DNA from: a virus
Taxonomy: Duplodnaviria; Caudoviricetes
DNA length: 31,169 nucleotides
Reading direction: 5' to 3' (one strand)
Virus record (IMG/VR): IMGVR_UViG_3300032318_000128
Span: 1-31,169 of that record
Part shown: positions 18,212-26,309 of the stretch, in pieces
Layout of the letters: the number at the start of each line of letters is the position of its first letter
How positions within the stretch are numbered: position 1 is the stretch's first letter
Notes under the pieces: model-generated
What the model was told of the DNA's origin: nothing
What the model saw: only the letters and a program-made list of their open reading frames with translations
Database searches by the model: none
Position numbers and translations under genes: made by a program

Positions 18212-18227
18212 GGGGCCGCAAGGCCCC
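18212..18227. terminator. GC-rich intergenic hairpin (weak terminator or stabiliser)
   Basis: GGGGCC-GCAA-GGCCCC between two genes. No clear U-tract on the minus strand. Confidence 0.35.
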
Positions 18228-18231
18228 CCTG

Positions 18232-18420
18232 TTACTTTGCCTTTGCGGCTGCTGCCGACATCAATGGCATACCATACACGCCTTGGCCACCCATGACGGT
18301 GCGGCTTCCAGTTGGATTATGCGGGGTGCAATCTTCGGTGACAGAAGGCTTGCCCGCATCGACCGATTTGTCGATGGTCATCGAGGGTTTTTTGTTCCCA
18401 ACGCGGATGCCGTTTTCCAT
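18232..18420 (-). CDS. Hypothetical protein
   Basis: 62 aa. TAATG-coupled to the upstream gene and fills the gap. Confidence 0.65.
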   Translation of the reverse strand: MENGIRVGNKKPSMTIDKSVDAGKPSVTEDCTPHNPTGSRTVMGGQGVYGMPLMSAAAAKAK

Positions 18421-18872
18421 TATGCAAGATCGTGCGCTTGGATGTAACGGACAGTGATGGTGCCAACGCCTGCACCAGTGTTGGCAGACTTGACGAAGAT
18501 GCGCTTGTCGGTGGTGCCAGTGTCATCCCAGTTTGCGGTGCGGGTGGCATCAGTGCCTGGGTTAAGGGCAATAAGGCCAGCGGTCATCGCAGTCAGGGCA
18601 ACCAGTTCTGTTGCGGTTGCACTAGTGCCAACGCTCAGGGTATTCGTGGCATCCCACGCTGTGGTGTTCAGCATCTGGATGTTCATGACGTGGCTGTTGG
18701 CGGGCAGCACGATGGTTGTACCCAGCGCAGTTGCGGTCAGCGCCTGCGTAATTGGATAGGTCTGAACCATGACAACCGAACCAACGTTCTTCACGTTTTG
18801 GCCGAGGGTGGTGCCAGCGGTGTTCAGAATATTGCCCGCGCGAATCGGGCCAGTGAATGTAGTCTTACCCAT
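18420..18872 (-). CDS. Putative capsid decoration / head-associated protein
   Basis: Start moved to MGKTTFTGP (ATG 18872, AAAGGA upstream), 150 aa, Thr-rich beta protein. First gene after the major capsid gene. Confidence 0.7.
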   Translation of the reverse strand: MGKTTFTGPIRAGNILNTAGTTLGQNVKNVGSVVMVQTYPITQALTATALGTTIVLPANSHVMNIQMLNTTAWDATNTLSVGTSATATELVALTAMTAGLIALNPGTDATRTANWDDTGTTDKRIFVKSANTGAGVGTITVRYIQAHDLA

Positions 18873-18881
18873 GTCGGGTTC

Positions 18882-18950
18882 CTTTGCACAATAGGCCACT
18901 CTGTCTGTGCAAAGTCCGCTGGGCGCGGTCAGGGTGGCAATTAGACCCAG
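18882..18950 (-). ncRNA. Multi-pseudoknot structured RNA downstream of the capsid gene (candidate Mu-gpT-DE-type motif)
   Basis: Four crossing helices: CUGGG/CCCAG, GCCAC-CUG/CAG-GUGGC, CCG/CGG and CUUUGCACA/UGUGCAAAG. Position matches the described Mu-gpT downstream element. Confidence 0.6.
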
Positions 18951-18979
18951 AAAGGGAAAAAGGGGGCCGAAGCCCCCTT
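18951..18979 (-). terminator. Rho-independent terminator after the major capsid gene
   Basis: Minus strand AGGGGGC-TTCG-GCCCCCT followed by TTTTCCCTTT. Confidence 0.88.
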
Positions 18980-18989
18980 AAACTTTGGC

Positions 18990-19901
18990 TTAGGTTGGGA
19001 ACGAGCCGAAGATCGAGCGCCAGTTGTAGTATCCAAAAGAATACCGCTCATAGCCTTTTACCAGCAAGTTATCCGTTACGAAATCTACTTGCATGTCGCT
19101 TTCAAACTTCACACGCTCCATATACGACAGGCCGTCGATGTTGGTCAGCAAGAACCATGCACCAGTTGAGGTCAGATAGTCGTTGACCATATAACCCTCT
19201 GGCAGGCCACCAGCGGTGGACATGATTGCGTTGACATCGTTGTCTGCCGTGCCAGGGCGCAGTTCGGTCTTCAACAGACGAATTGCAACTGGCTCCAACT
19301 GTGGCGGAACAACCAGCTTGCGGCCACGGGCGAAGACCTTCAGGCCAGCCTGATCGCGGAAGTTGGTACGAATTGCAATCATGCCGTTCAGCAGGGTTGC
19401 CTCGTTCAGTTCCACATCGGTCGTGGGTTTGTTTGCAACCGTGCCACCGTCGATTGGGTGTGCGGTTGAAATTAGAGCCACGCCGTCACCACCGATAGAA
19501 CTGTTGTAAGTCGTAGCGGTGTTCAGGATGTTTGCGCCGTAGATTTCCTTGGTCTGTTGGAACGATTCCACCAGGCCGAGGTTCGACGGAGCAAATTGTG
19601 TTTTGTACAGGTTGTCGTCAATGGCTTTGCGAGTGATCGCGTAGCCCAAGCCGATTTCCGTGTGTTCTTGGTTGTAGATGAAACGCTCACCCGCACCGTT
19701 GTCGAAGGACGTTTGACCGCCTTCAGTCTTCAACTGTGCAAAACCTAAGAAACGCATTTCTGCGGTGCGTTCAAGCGCCATCTTGGAGTTGTGCTTCGTA
19801 AAGATTTTGTCGTACTGAGATGGGATCATCTCGTACTTGCCTTCAATGCCACGCAAGCCTGGCAGAAGAAGGTCTTTGATTGCTGATAGATTTACAGCCA
19901 T
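18990..19901 (-). CDS. Major capsid protein (Mu gpT-like family)
   Basis: 303 aa. LLLPGL start, EGG...D, GYAIT..AIDDNLY, LVVPPQL, AWFLLT, ERYSFG..NWR.IFGS. Followed by a strong terminator. Confidence 0.9.
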   Translation of the reverse strand: MAVNLSAIKDLLLPGLRGIEGKYEMIPSQYDKIFTKHNSKMALERTAEMRFLGFAQLKTEGGQTSFDNGAGERFIYNQEHTEIGLGYAITRKAIDDNLYKTQFAPSNLGLVESFQQTKEIYGANILNTATTYNSSIGGDGVALISTAHPIDGGTVANKPTTDVELNEATLLNGMIAIRTNFRDQAGLKVFARGRKLVVPPQLEPVAIRLLKTELRPGTADNDVNAIMSTAGGLPEGYMVNDYLTSTGAWFLLTNIDGLSYMERVKFESDMQVDFVTDNLLVKGYERYSFGYYNWRSIFGSFPT

Positions 19902-19912
19902 TTCCTATCTCC

Positions 19913-20866
19913 TTACATGCCAGCGAAGTTGCGAGGCATCGCGTTGTTAAATCCGACTACGATCTTGTTGTAGCCAGCGGTTGCATCGTTGCCATTGATA
20001 CCCGACAGTGGCGAAGATTGGCCTGGCAGGTAGTTCTGGATTGCGATGATGCGGAACGGCAGGAACGAGTTTGCACCCGTCACGCCAGCCGATGACAGCG
20101 TGAACTGGTCAGCGAAGAAGGACGACAATCCCGTAGCGGTAGTGCCGTTTGTTTCGCTCGTTGTGGTGCTGTCATTCCACGCAAAGCCGATGTTCTCGCC
20201 AACGTTAGCTTGACCAACAGCGGTTGCGGTGGTGTTTGAGTTGCCAGTTTGCACCGAGAAACGAGCGTTTGGATCGGTGATGACGTATGCTTCAACATCG
20301 TTTGCGGTGTCGGAGCCTGGCCAGTAGTTTGACCACACGGTGCGCTTCTGAGCGGTGGACAGGTACTTGCAGCCAGCAAACACGCCAGCGACAGGAACGT
20401 AGACCGTGACCACAGGGGTCGAGGTTGCCGAGGTTGCAGCGGTAGTGGTGGTGCTTTGGACAACAGCGGTCGTCGAGGTGGACGAGATGACCGTGAAGGC
20501 ACCGTTCGGGACGCCAGTTGCGTTAGTCACAACAATCGTTGAACCCACTGGGGGCGCGTAGTTTGTTGAGGCAAAGGTTGGGATGTTGGCGGTTGAACTT
20601 GCAATCGCGGTGTAGGTAATTGTCATCGCGCCAGTGGCGACGGTGGCAATACCAGTTGCAGACACGGTCAAGGTGACGGGGCTGACGGCCTGCGCGATGT
20701 AGCCAGTACCCACGCCAGTAGCGTTGGTAGCCTGCATCACAGGGTCATTGAAGAAAATTGGTGTCGTATTGGTTGACGCAATGGCAGCGCATGTCTGCTC
20801 ATAGGTCGGAGCCGAACCAGTACCTGAGTACTGGGCAAAGCCGTTTGGCGCAAATGTATTCGCCAT
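19913..20866 (-). CDS. Capsid-associated (cement/decoration-like) structural protein with Thr-rich insertion
   Basis: 317 aa. MANTFAPNGF start, GVFAGCKY, AYVITDPN. Strong AAAGGAG RBS. Immediately upstream of the capsid gene. Confidence 0.7.
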   Translation of the reverse strand: MANTFAPNGFAQYSGTGSAPTYEQTCAAIASTNTTPIFFNDPVMQATNATGVGTGYIAQAVSPVTLTVSATGIATVATGAMTITYTAIASSTANIPTFASTNYAPPVGSTIVVTNATGVPNGAFTVISSTSTTAVVQSTTTTAATSATSTPVVTVYVPVAGVFAGCKYLSTAQKRTVWSNYWPGSDTANDVEAYVITDPNARFSVQTGNSNTTATAVGQANVGENIGFAWNDSTTTSETNGTTATGLSSFFADQFTLSSAGVTGANSFLPFRIIAIQNYLPGQSSPLSGINGNDATAGYNKIVVGFNNAMPRNFAGM

Positions 20867-20874
20867 GCGGAAAT

Positions 20875-20951
20875 CTCCTTTACAGGAGGTCTATTTCGCG
20901 CACCGAGGCGATTTAGGACCAAAGGTTTATTGGGCCTCCCCGCCGAGGGGA
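20875..20951 (-). promoter_or_regulatory. Structured 5' leader of the capsid operon
   Basis: Two hairpins with CUCGGYG loops (20937-20951, 20896-20911) and a CUCCU-GUAA-AGGAG hairpin that masks the Shine-Dalgarno (20875-20888). Confidence 0.55.
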
Positions 20952-20992
20952 TGGATGAAAACACCATATATCTATTTTTGATATAAGTAATG

Positions 20993-21012
20993 GGGGCGAC
21001 ATAAGCCGCCCC
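20993..21012 (-). terminator. Hairpin, possible terminator after the 176-aa gene
   Basis: GGGGCGGC-UUAU-GUCGCCCC followed by an AT-rich tract with an imperfect U-run. Confidence 0.45.
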
Positions 21013-21024
21013 ATTCAAATATTA

Positions 21025-21555
21025 TCACTCTGGAATGGGCATGGCTTCATACCCCTTCTTGATCTTTGTCATCTCGTTGCCCTTGTTGGAGCGTTCAAAC
21101 TCCCCTGGCTTGGCCGCAGACAGTTGCTCTTCCTTGGCGCGGACCTGAAGGCGTGCGCGGCGGTTCTCAATGGCGCGTGCCTCTTCCGTGATCACCAGTG
21201 GGCGCTCCATCAGAACCACACCCTTGCGGAGGATCATGCCACCCGTGTAGCCCAGTGGCATCATCTCAGGGTGTCGGGACGCTGGCACGATCTCCCAGCC
21301 CTTGCGGGCCAGAGCAACTTGGTGTGCGGGGTCTTCAGCGCCAAGGAGGGTGTGCCGCTTCCACTCGTAGGACCAGCCATCAGGAATAATTCCCAGTTCA
21401 ACAAAGAACTCGTCGCTCCCGCTGTCTGTTTTGCTGTGGTCTTGAAGTTCAGCCGCACGCTTTGCAGCGTCCCGTGGCTTTTCCTTGGTCACCATATCTG
21501 GCCTCACGCTTGGGCGTACAAGCTTTGCGGCTTTTTGAAATTCGTCATCGCTCAT
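21025..21555 (-). CDS. Conserved head-module hypothetical protein
   Basis: 176 aa. IPDGWSYEWKR...GWEIVP...GVVLMERP. Located between scaffold and capsid genes. Confidence 0.8.
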   Translation of the reverse strand: MSDDEFQKAAKLVRPSVRPDMVTKEKPRDAAKRAAELQDHSKTDSGSDEFFVELGIIPDGWSYEWKRHTLLGAEDPAHQVALARKGWEIVPASRHPEMMPLGYTGGMILRKGVVLMERPLVITEEARAIENRRARLQVRAKEEQLSAAKPGEFERSNKGNEMTKIKKGYEAMPIPE

Positions 21556-22367
21556 CTGATTTTACCTTCCTTCATAAGTGCAATCTTGTGCTTGGCGTAG
21601 TCCTTTTCGTCCATGCCCATGTCAGACGCGGCCTCTCGCTCCGCCGCAGACAGCCTCACAGCATTCCTGTTGCCATTGCTGGTGCCACGACTCACAGGGG
21701 CAGCCGCAGGTGCCGCATCGCGGCGCTGTGTGACCCTGGCGGCATACTGGTCGCCCGTGTCGTTTGTCTGCTTTGAAACGCCCAGCTTCGCCTCAATGGC
21801 CGCAAAGTACGCGGGGGTGTCTACGGATATACCATCGTCAACCGCGTCCTCATGTGCGCGGATCATCTTGCGATTTAGGCGCGGGTCAGTGACAAATTGT
21901 GGATTCCTGCGGACCCAGTCGGCAGATGTGGACGACAGACGTGACGCAAACGCCTCAACGGGGTCTGCGGGGACGTATTTAGGCTCTGGCGTCTTGGGTT
22001 TGGAGTTCATAGCATCCAGACCGTTGCGAAGCTGCTGCAATTGAGCAGCTTTTTCGCCCATCAACTGCTGAATCTCAGCCATGCCATCGTAATCCTGATT
22101 GTGCATGGCAATTTTCAGGTTGCTTTTCAAGATTTCATTGTCACGCATCACGCTGTCAATGGCGCTGGACACCAATTGGATTTCAGTGTCGTCTTTTTCG
22201 CTGTTTGCGGCATGCGCACGCCGTTCCGCAGCAACGCGGGCTTCGCGCTCGGCGGTGATTTGCCGCCTTAGTTCAGAAATTGACTCCTGAAGGTCGGGGA
22301 CTGGCGTTTCCTCAACCTCATTTTCGGGCGCATCGTCAACAATAATCTCGATTTCTTCTTCATCCAT
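21552..22367 (-). CDS. Capsid scaffolding protein
   Basis: 271 aa. Acidic N-terminus, long coiled coil, and C-terminal VRLSAAEREAASDMGMDEKDYAK helix pair typical of coat-binding ends. Confidence 0.75.
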   Translation of the reverse strand: MDEEEIEIIVDDAPENEVEETPVPDLQESISELRRQITAEREARVAAERRAHAANSEKDDTEIQLVSSAIDSVMRDNEILKSNLKIAMHNQDYDGMAEIQQLMGEKAAQLQQLRNGLDAMNSKPKTPEPKYVPADPVEAFASRLSSTSADWVRRNPQFVTDPRLNRKMIRAHEDAVDDGISVDTPAYFAAIEAKLGVSKQTNDTGDQYAARVTQRRDAAPAAAPVSRGTSNGNRNAVRLSAAEREAASDMGMDEKDYAKHKIALMKEGKIR

Positions 22368-22379
22368 GTCTTTTCACCT

Positions 22380-22769
22380 TTAATAAACAGAATCTGGGTG
22401 GGGGGCGCGGCCTTTGATGCTGATATCATCAAAAATACGGCACAAAACGCCGTTGACTGTGATTGACCATCCGTCAGACGGGCGGAAAATCAGCCACTCG
22501 TGATCTTGGAACGTCATTCCCGTGAACCAATTACCATCTTGCTCAAATGCAAGCGGCCCACGCTTAACCAAAAGGCCAACTTTGGACTGGTATTTGTCTT
22601 CGTCAAGGTGATCTGCCGTCAGGATCAGCCCTGATTTTGTTTTCTCTGGCCGAAGATACACGGCCAAAAGCACTTGGTTGTGGAAAAGTTCAATTTCGGA
22701 GATGTCACCAAGCTGATCGAGCAGCTTTTGTTTGGGGTCTTCTTCATGGCTCATGGGCATATGTGGCAT
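22380..22769 (-). CDS. groES: GroES-like co-chaperonin
   Basis: 129 aa. NQVLL...EKTKSGLIL mobile loop, GLLVKRGP, CRIFDDISI. Confidence 0.8.
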   Translation of the reverse strand: MPHMPMSHEEDPKQKLLDQLGDISEIELFHNQVLLAVYLRPEKTKSGLILTADHLDEDKYQSKVGLLVKRGPLAFEQDGNWFTGMTFQDHEWLIFRPSDGWSITVNGVLCRIFDDISIKGRAPHPDSVY

Positions 22770-22778
22770 GTCTAATCC

Positions 22779-22985
22779 TTACATGGTCTTGTTAATAGTA
22801 GTGGATACCTCTTCGCATAAAGAGATAACCTCATCGAGAGCGGAAACCTTTCCGACCGCCTCACGATATTCTTCAATGGTCTTTATAGCAAGGCCACCAA
22901 CCATGTTGCCGACGATGTCCGCCCTGCGTTCCATGATAAGTTTGATGAGTTCGCGCTCAAACGCGGTGCTGATGGTCGTGATCAT
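22779..22985 (-). CDS. Small helical hypothetical protein
   Basis: 68 aa. EEYREAVGKVSAL. AGGA upstream. Precedes the GroES-like gene. Confidence 0.75.
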   Translation of the reverse strand: MITTISTAFERELIKLIMERRADIVGNMVGGLAIKTIEEYREAVGKVSALDEVISLCEEVSTTINKTM

Positions 22986-23009
22986 ATGTAATCCTAATCT
23001 ATTTGGGTG

Positions 23010-23032
23010 GGGGCCAGTATTTATCTGGCCCC
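23010..23032. terminator. Perfect 8-bp intergenic hairpin
   Basis: GGGGCCAG-TATTTAT-CTGGCCCC after the 544-aa gene. No U-tract, so function is uncertain. Confidence 0.4.
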
Positions 23033-23054
23033 CGTAAGCTGTGGGAGGTGCAGC

Positions 23055-24689
23055 TTATTTCTTTAGGTCTTTGTTCATCTTCTCGCCGTAAGCTTCGACC
23101 TTTTCCTTGCGTGCCTTACCGCCACCAGCGCCACCAGTGATCGGATATACCACTTTGCCGCCAGCCTTGCGGCCCATCATTGGGGGCATTGGCGCGCCAC
23201 CAGCGGGTGGCATAGGACCAGCGCCAGCAGCGCCAGACATGGCAGACATCAACCCTGGTGGCAGCGACATGTGCGCAGGCGGTGGCGCAGACGGCATGGG
23301 AGCAGGCATTGGCATCGGCGGACGCATCATTGGTGGAGCGCCCATGGGTGGCATACCAGCGGGTGGCACGGGCATAGCGCCAGGCTTCTCGGCGTTGTGC
23401 GGGAAGATGTTGATGCTGATGTTGCTCTTGCCGACCTTGCCGCCAGTGGCGCGTGCCGTGCGCTCCGCGTCCTTGAACGCCTTGGCTGTTGGCGCACCCT
23501 TATCGCCAGCGTCGCGCATCTTCTCGCCCCGCTCACGCTTGGCGTGGATATTGGCGTACAGGCCGCCGCCACGCTTCATGGCCGACCCGCCTCTTTGCAT
23601 TTCGCCTTTGTCTTTGTAATCTTCGTAATTGTCGCGGGCGGTTGCATGGGCGTGACGCCAAAAAACATCGTCGCCTTCATCCATTCTTGTTGCGTCTTTT
23701 GCGTTATCTTGAGCCTCGTTAGAAATTTTATCGCGGTGCTGTTTTGGCAGAGATGCGATAAACTTATTAAATTTTTCCTTGTTGGAGTCATTTGAGGAGC
23801 CGCCACGACTATAACCAGTCGACCCGCCGCAGGCTCTGCACATGCAATCTTTGTGGTGCATGGCCTTGCCGCCAGACTTCATTTTGCCAATACCGTCAGC
23901 GGCAAAATCTGGAACTTTCTTGCCGTCTTTTTCGACCATTTTCAATTTGCCACCGCTCATCTTTTTGGATGGCATGTCGTGTTTTTTATCGGCTTGCGAA
24001 GCTTCCCACTCCTTCATAGTCATGCCGTGCTTGGCAGCCATCTTCTTGTCTTCCATCATGTCTTTGGCAGAACCTTCAGCCTTGCCGCCGCGCTTGCGGC
24101 CCAAGGTTCTCAGGTCGTACTGATCTCTTTCCGCTGCTCGGTTTGCGCGTTCCAGGGCTTCCATAGCTTTAGCTTCATCCGCCGCTGCCATAATTTCTTT
24201 CATTCTTGCAGGAGATGGGCGAGGCATGGGCCGTGGGGACGATTTCATGCCACCTGCTGGCAGCATGCCCATCTCGTCCATCATTTCAGGAGTTGGACGG
24301 GGCATGGGACGTGGGGATGATGTCATTGGAGGCGTTCCGCCCATTTGCTTTGCTGTGCGACCTCCATTTTTCATACCACCGACGTGCTTCTTGCCTTCGC
24401 GCTCTTCGTTGGCATCCTTGACGTTGCGGTTGACCAATGCATTTGCATACTCTGCCTTGCCGCCAGACTTGCGTGGCGTGCGGCCAGCGTGAGTCATGGC
24501 CTCAGCGCCCTCAACCTTGCCGCCGACCTTAAATGCGCGGCGCGAGATCGGGCGCATACCCGTCTTTACGTCTGCATTCAACGGTTCCGCTGGGGTGAAC
24601 GTCGATGCGTCAACCTTGCCCCCGCTTGAACTGTCAATAAGGCTCTGGGCCTTTTTGTTTTTTGCTGCGCGCAGCGATTTGAAATCCAT
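23055..24689 (-). CDS. Basic, Met/Lys/Gly/Pro-rich putative internal virion polyprotein with repeated GG linkers
   Basis: 544 aa. At least 12 motifs such as [40 protein letters not shown] and RKAGG. GAGGA RBS. Confidence 0.8.
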   Translation of the reverse strand: MDFKSLRAAKNKKAQSLIDSSSGGKVDASTFTPAEPLNADVKTGMRPISRRAFKVGGKVEGAEAMTHAGRTPRKSGGKAEYANALVNRNVKDANEEREGKKHVGGMKNGGRTAKQMGGTPPMTSSPRPMPRPTPEMMDEMGMLPAGGMKSSPRPMPRPSPARMKEIMAAADEAKAMEALERANRAAERDQYDLRTLGRKRGGKAEGSAKDMMEDKKMAAKHGMTMKEWEASQADKKHDMPSKKMSGGKLKMVEKDGKKVPDFAADGIGKMKSGGKAMHHKDCMCRACGGSTGYSRGGSSNDSNKEKFNKFIASLPKQHRDKISNEAQDNAKDATRMDEGDDVFWRHAHATARDNYEDYKDKGEMQRGGSAMKRGGGLYANIHAKRERGEKMRDAGDKGAPTAKAFKDAERTARATGGKVGKSNISINIFPHNAEKPGAMPVPPAGMPPMGAPPMMRPPMPMPAPMPSAPPPAHMSLPPGLMSAMSGAAGAGPMPPAGGAPMPPMMGRKAGGKVVYPITGGAGGGKARKEKVEAYGEKMNKDLKK

Positions 24690-24706
24690 TTTGCGATCCT
24701 CTGAGG

Positions 24707-26308
24707 TTACACGGCGTCCCGTTTGTGCTTTGCATTGTATACCGAAGTCAGTGACAATGCACGATCAATGTTGTTGCTTACCGATTGCGGCGAAACTGGG
24801 CTGGAAGTTCCATTTCCTGCTCGACCGTAAGATGCTCTGGAGGTTTCCCGTGGAACTCTAGGTCTAGGAATGCTTCTCTGGTCAATGGCACCCCCGTTCG
24901 CCGCATGAGGCTGACTAGCGCCTCCTGTAAACCACGTTGGGGGGCGGATGCCGCCTGCTTTTTTGACGACTTGATTTCTGGCTTCATCTTGACTGATCTC
25001 CCCTTTGCGGTATCTGGACCAAACATCATCAATATCCTTTGCGTTTTTTGCTGTTTTGAAAGTATCAGGAAACAAACCTCTGATAGCTTCCCAAGTAATA
25101 GACTGCATCTCACGAGGATGGATGCCTCGCGCCTTTGCGGCGCGTCTGTATGCCTCGGCGTACAACGGATAAGTTCCCTGAATACCAGAAATGGAAGAAC
25201 CTCCAGCGCCAGGAATACCCTTTCCTGGCGAGGAACCGAAATTGTGCGCCACTTCAACCGAATTTCCAGATAATGGTCGCATTAAAGCCGCCGCAACGGC
25301 ATGGGTATCAATAGTGACATCGCCCTTTGACGAGTTTGGGTGCAGAATGTTGTTGTAAAAATTGCGAACTTTGTGCTTTTCACCCATAAGTTCAGATAGT
25401 TTGTCAGGATCGTGCGCATTGTCTAAAGCCTGAACGGCTTTTGCAATTTCCGTTAGAGAACCCCACCCAGCCGCTGCATTTTTTCCAGATTTGGTTTTTA
25501 CAAAGTCACCAAATGTTCCCTCTGGATTTACAATTCTATGTTCGTTTGAGTTATAAGTTTGATCGTGAAGCCTAACCCACATGGACTTTGCAATAGCCTT
25601 TTCGTCATCTGGGATGTTGGTGCGGTCCAGATCACCCAAAGATTTGCCCCGAATCATGTTGTGAATGCCAGTGTATTCTGGCTTGTTAAGCGACTCAATG
25701 CCTTGCAGCGTTTTTTCCATTTCAGGGCTAAACGTAAAACCATGATAGAAATTATCCCCCATGCCTCTCATGGTATGGATGACGCGGTGCGCCAAAGAGA
25801 CGTTTTGATACCAGTCTTTTTGGGGTGACATAGCTGCGAGAACGCCAGCCACGGCGTGGTCTGGGATGTTGTATTCTTTTGACCACTTATCGGTAATTGC
25901 CCGTGCGCCATCATACCATTTCTTGCCGCGATTGCGAATTTCAGGTGGGACAGCATCATGCAGGGCCAAAAGATTTTGGGTTGAGTGGTCGATAAAATGT
26001 TCTGCAAGGGCATCATTATCTGCGTTCTTAGCAACATCCGCTCGAACATTTGGATACCCACGAACAATTCCAATATGCTGATCAAAAAGTTTTGGGGTGG
26101 ACTTTAAGGCAGCAAGATCAACAGTATTTGCCGTGGTGTTTGTATCTAAAAGTTTTTTTGCAGTGACCAGTCTTTGTGGAATAAGCGCAGGGTGATCAGG
26201 ACCAAACGCTGGCGTTCCCGACCGAAAAGGACCAAGGTATGGCTCCAAGTTTTGGGAGATAACTGGGTTTGATGTCAGGCTCAACGCTTTGTTTACGATG
26301 TCATCCAT
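24707..26308 (-). CDS. Putative DNA-acting enzyme (HhH-GPD glycosylase-like by motif inference) with terminal tags
   Basis: 533 aa. [46 protein letters not shown]. The ORF is certain, the function tentative. Confidence 0.6.
   Translation of the reverse strand: MDDIVNKALSLTSNPVISQNLEPYLGPFRSGTPAFGPDHPALIPQRLVTAKKLLDTNTTANTVDLAALKSTPKLFDQHIGIVRGYPNVRADVAKNADNDALAEHFIDHSTQNLLALHDAVPPEIRNRGKKWYDGARAITDKWSKEYNIPDHAVAGVLAAMSPQKDWYQNVSLAHRVIHTMRGMGDNFYHGFTFSPEMEKTLQGIESLNKPEYTGIHNMIRGKSLGDLDRTNIPDDEKAIAKSMWVRLHDQTYNSNEHRIVNPEGTFGDFVKTKSGKNAAAGWGSLTEIAKAVQALDNAHDPDKLSELMGEKHKVRNFYNNILHPNSSKGDVTIDTHAVAAALMRPLSGNSVEVAHNFGSSPGKGIPGAGGSSISGIQGTYPLYAEAYRRAAKARGIHPREMQSITWEAIRGLFPDTFKTAKNAKDIDDVWSRYRKGEISQDEARNQVVKKAGGIRPPTWFTGGASQPHAANGGAIDQRSIPRPRVPRETSRASYGRAGNGTSSPVSPQSVSNNIDRALSLTSVYNAKHKRDAV
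24778..24987 (-). CDS. Overprinted 69-aa protein inside the 3' end of the 533-aa gene
   Basis: ATG 24987 with AAAGGGGAG upstream. Protein-like [43 protein letters not shown], while the host frame there is low-complexity. Confidence 0.55.
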   Translation of the reverse strand: MKPEIKSSKKQAASAPQRGLQEALVSLMRRTGVPLTREAFLDLEFHGKPPEHLTVEQEMELPAQFRRNR

Positions 26309-26309
26309 G

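Noticed and set aside
5489-18899. Longer ORF-track starts at 5516, 5892, 10880, 17357 and 18899
   Set aside because: The extensions overlap upstream genes or the structured RNA and lack an RBS. Downstream ATGs at 5489, 5841, 10733, 17306 and 18872 have an RBS or stop-start coupling.
18882-18950. Calling the structured RNA an HDV-like ribozyme
   Set aside because: It is partly similar in nested pseudoknot order, but I could not identify the P3/L3 element or catalytic C, and the P4 topology differs.
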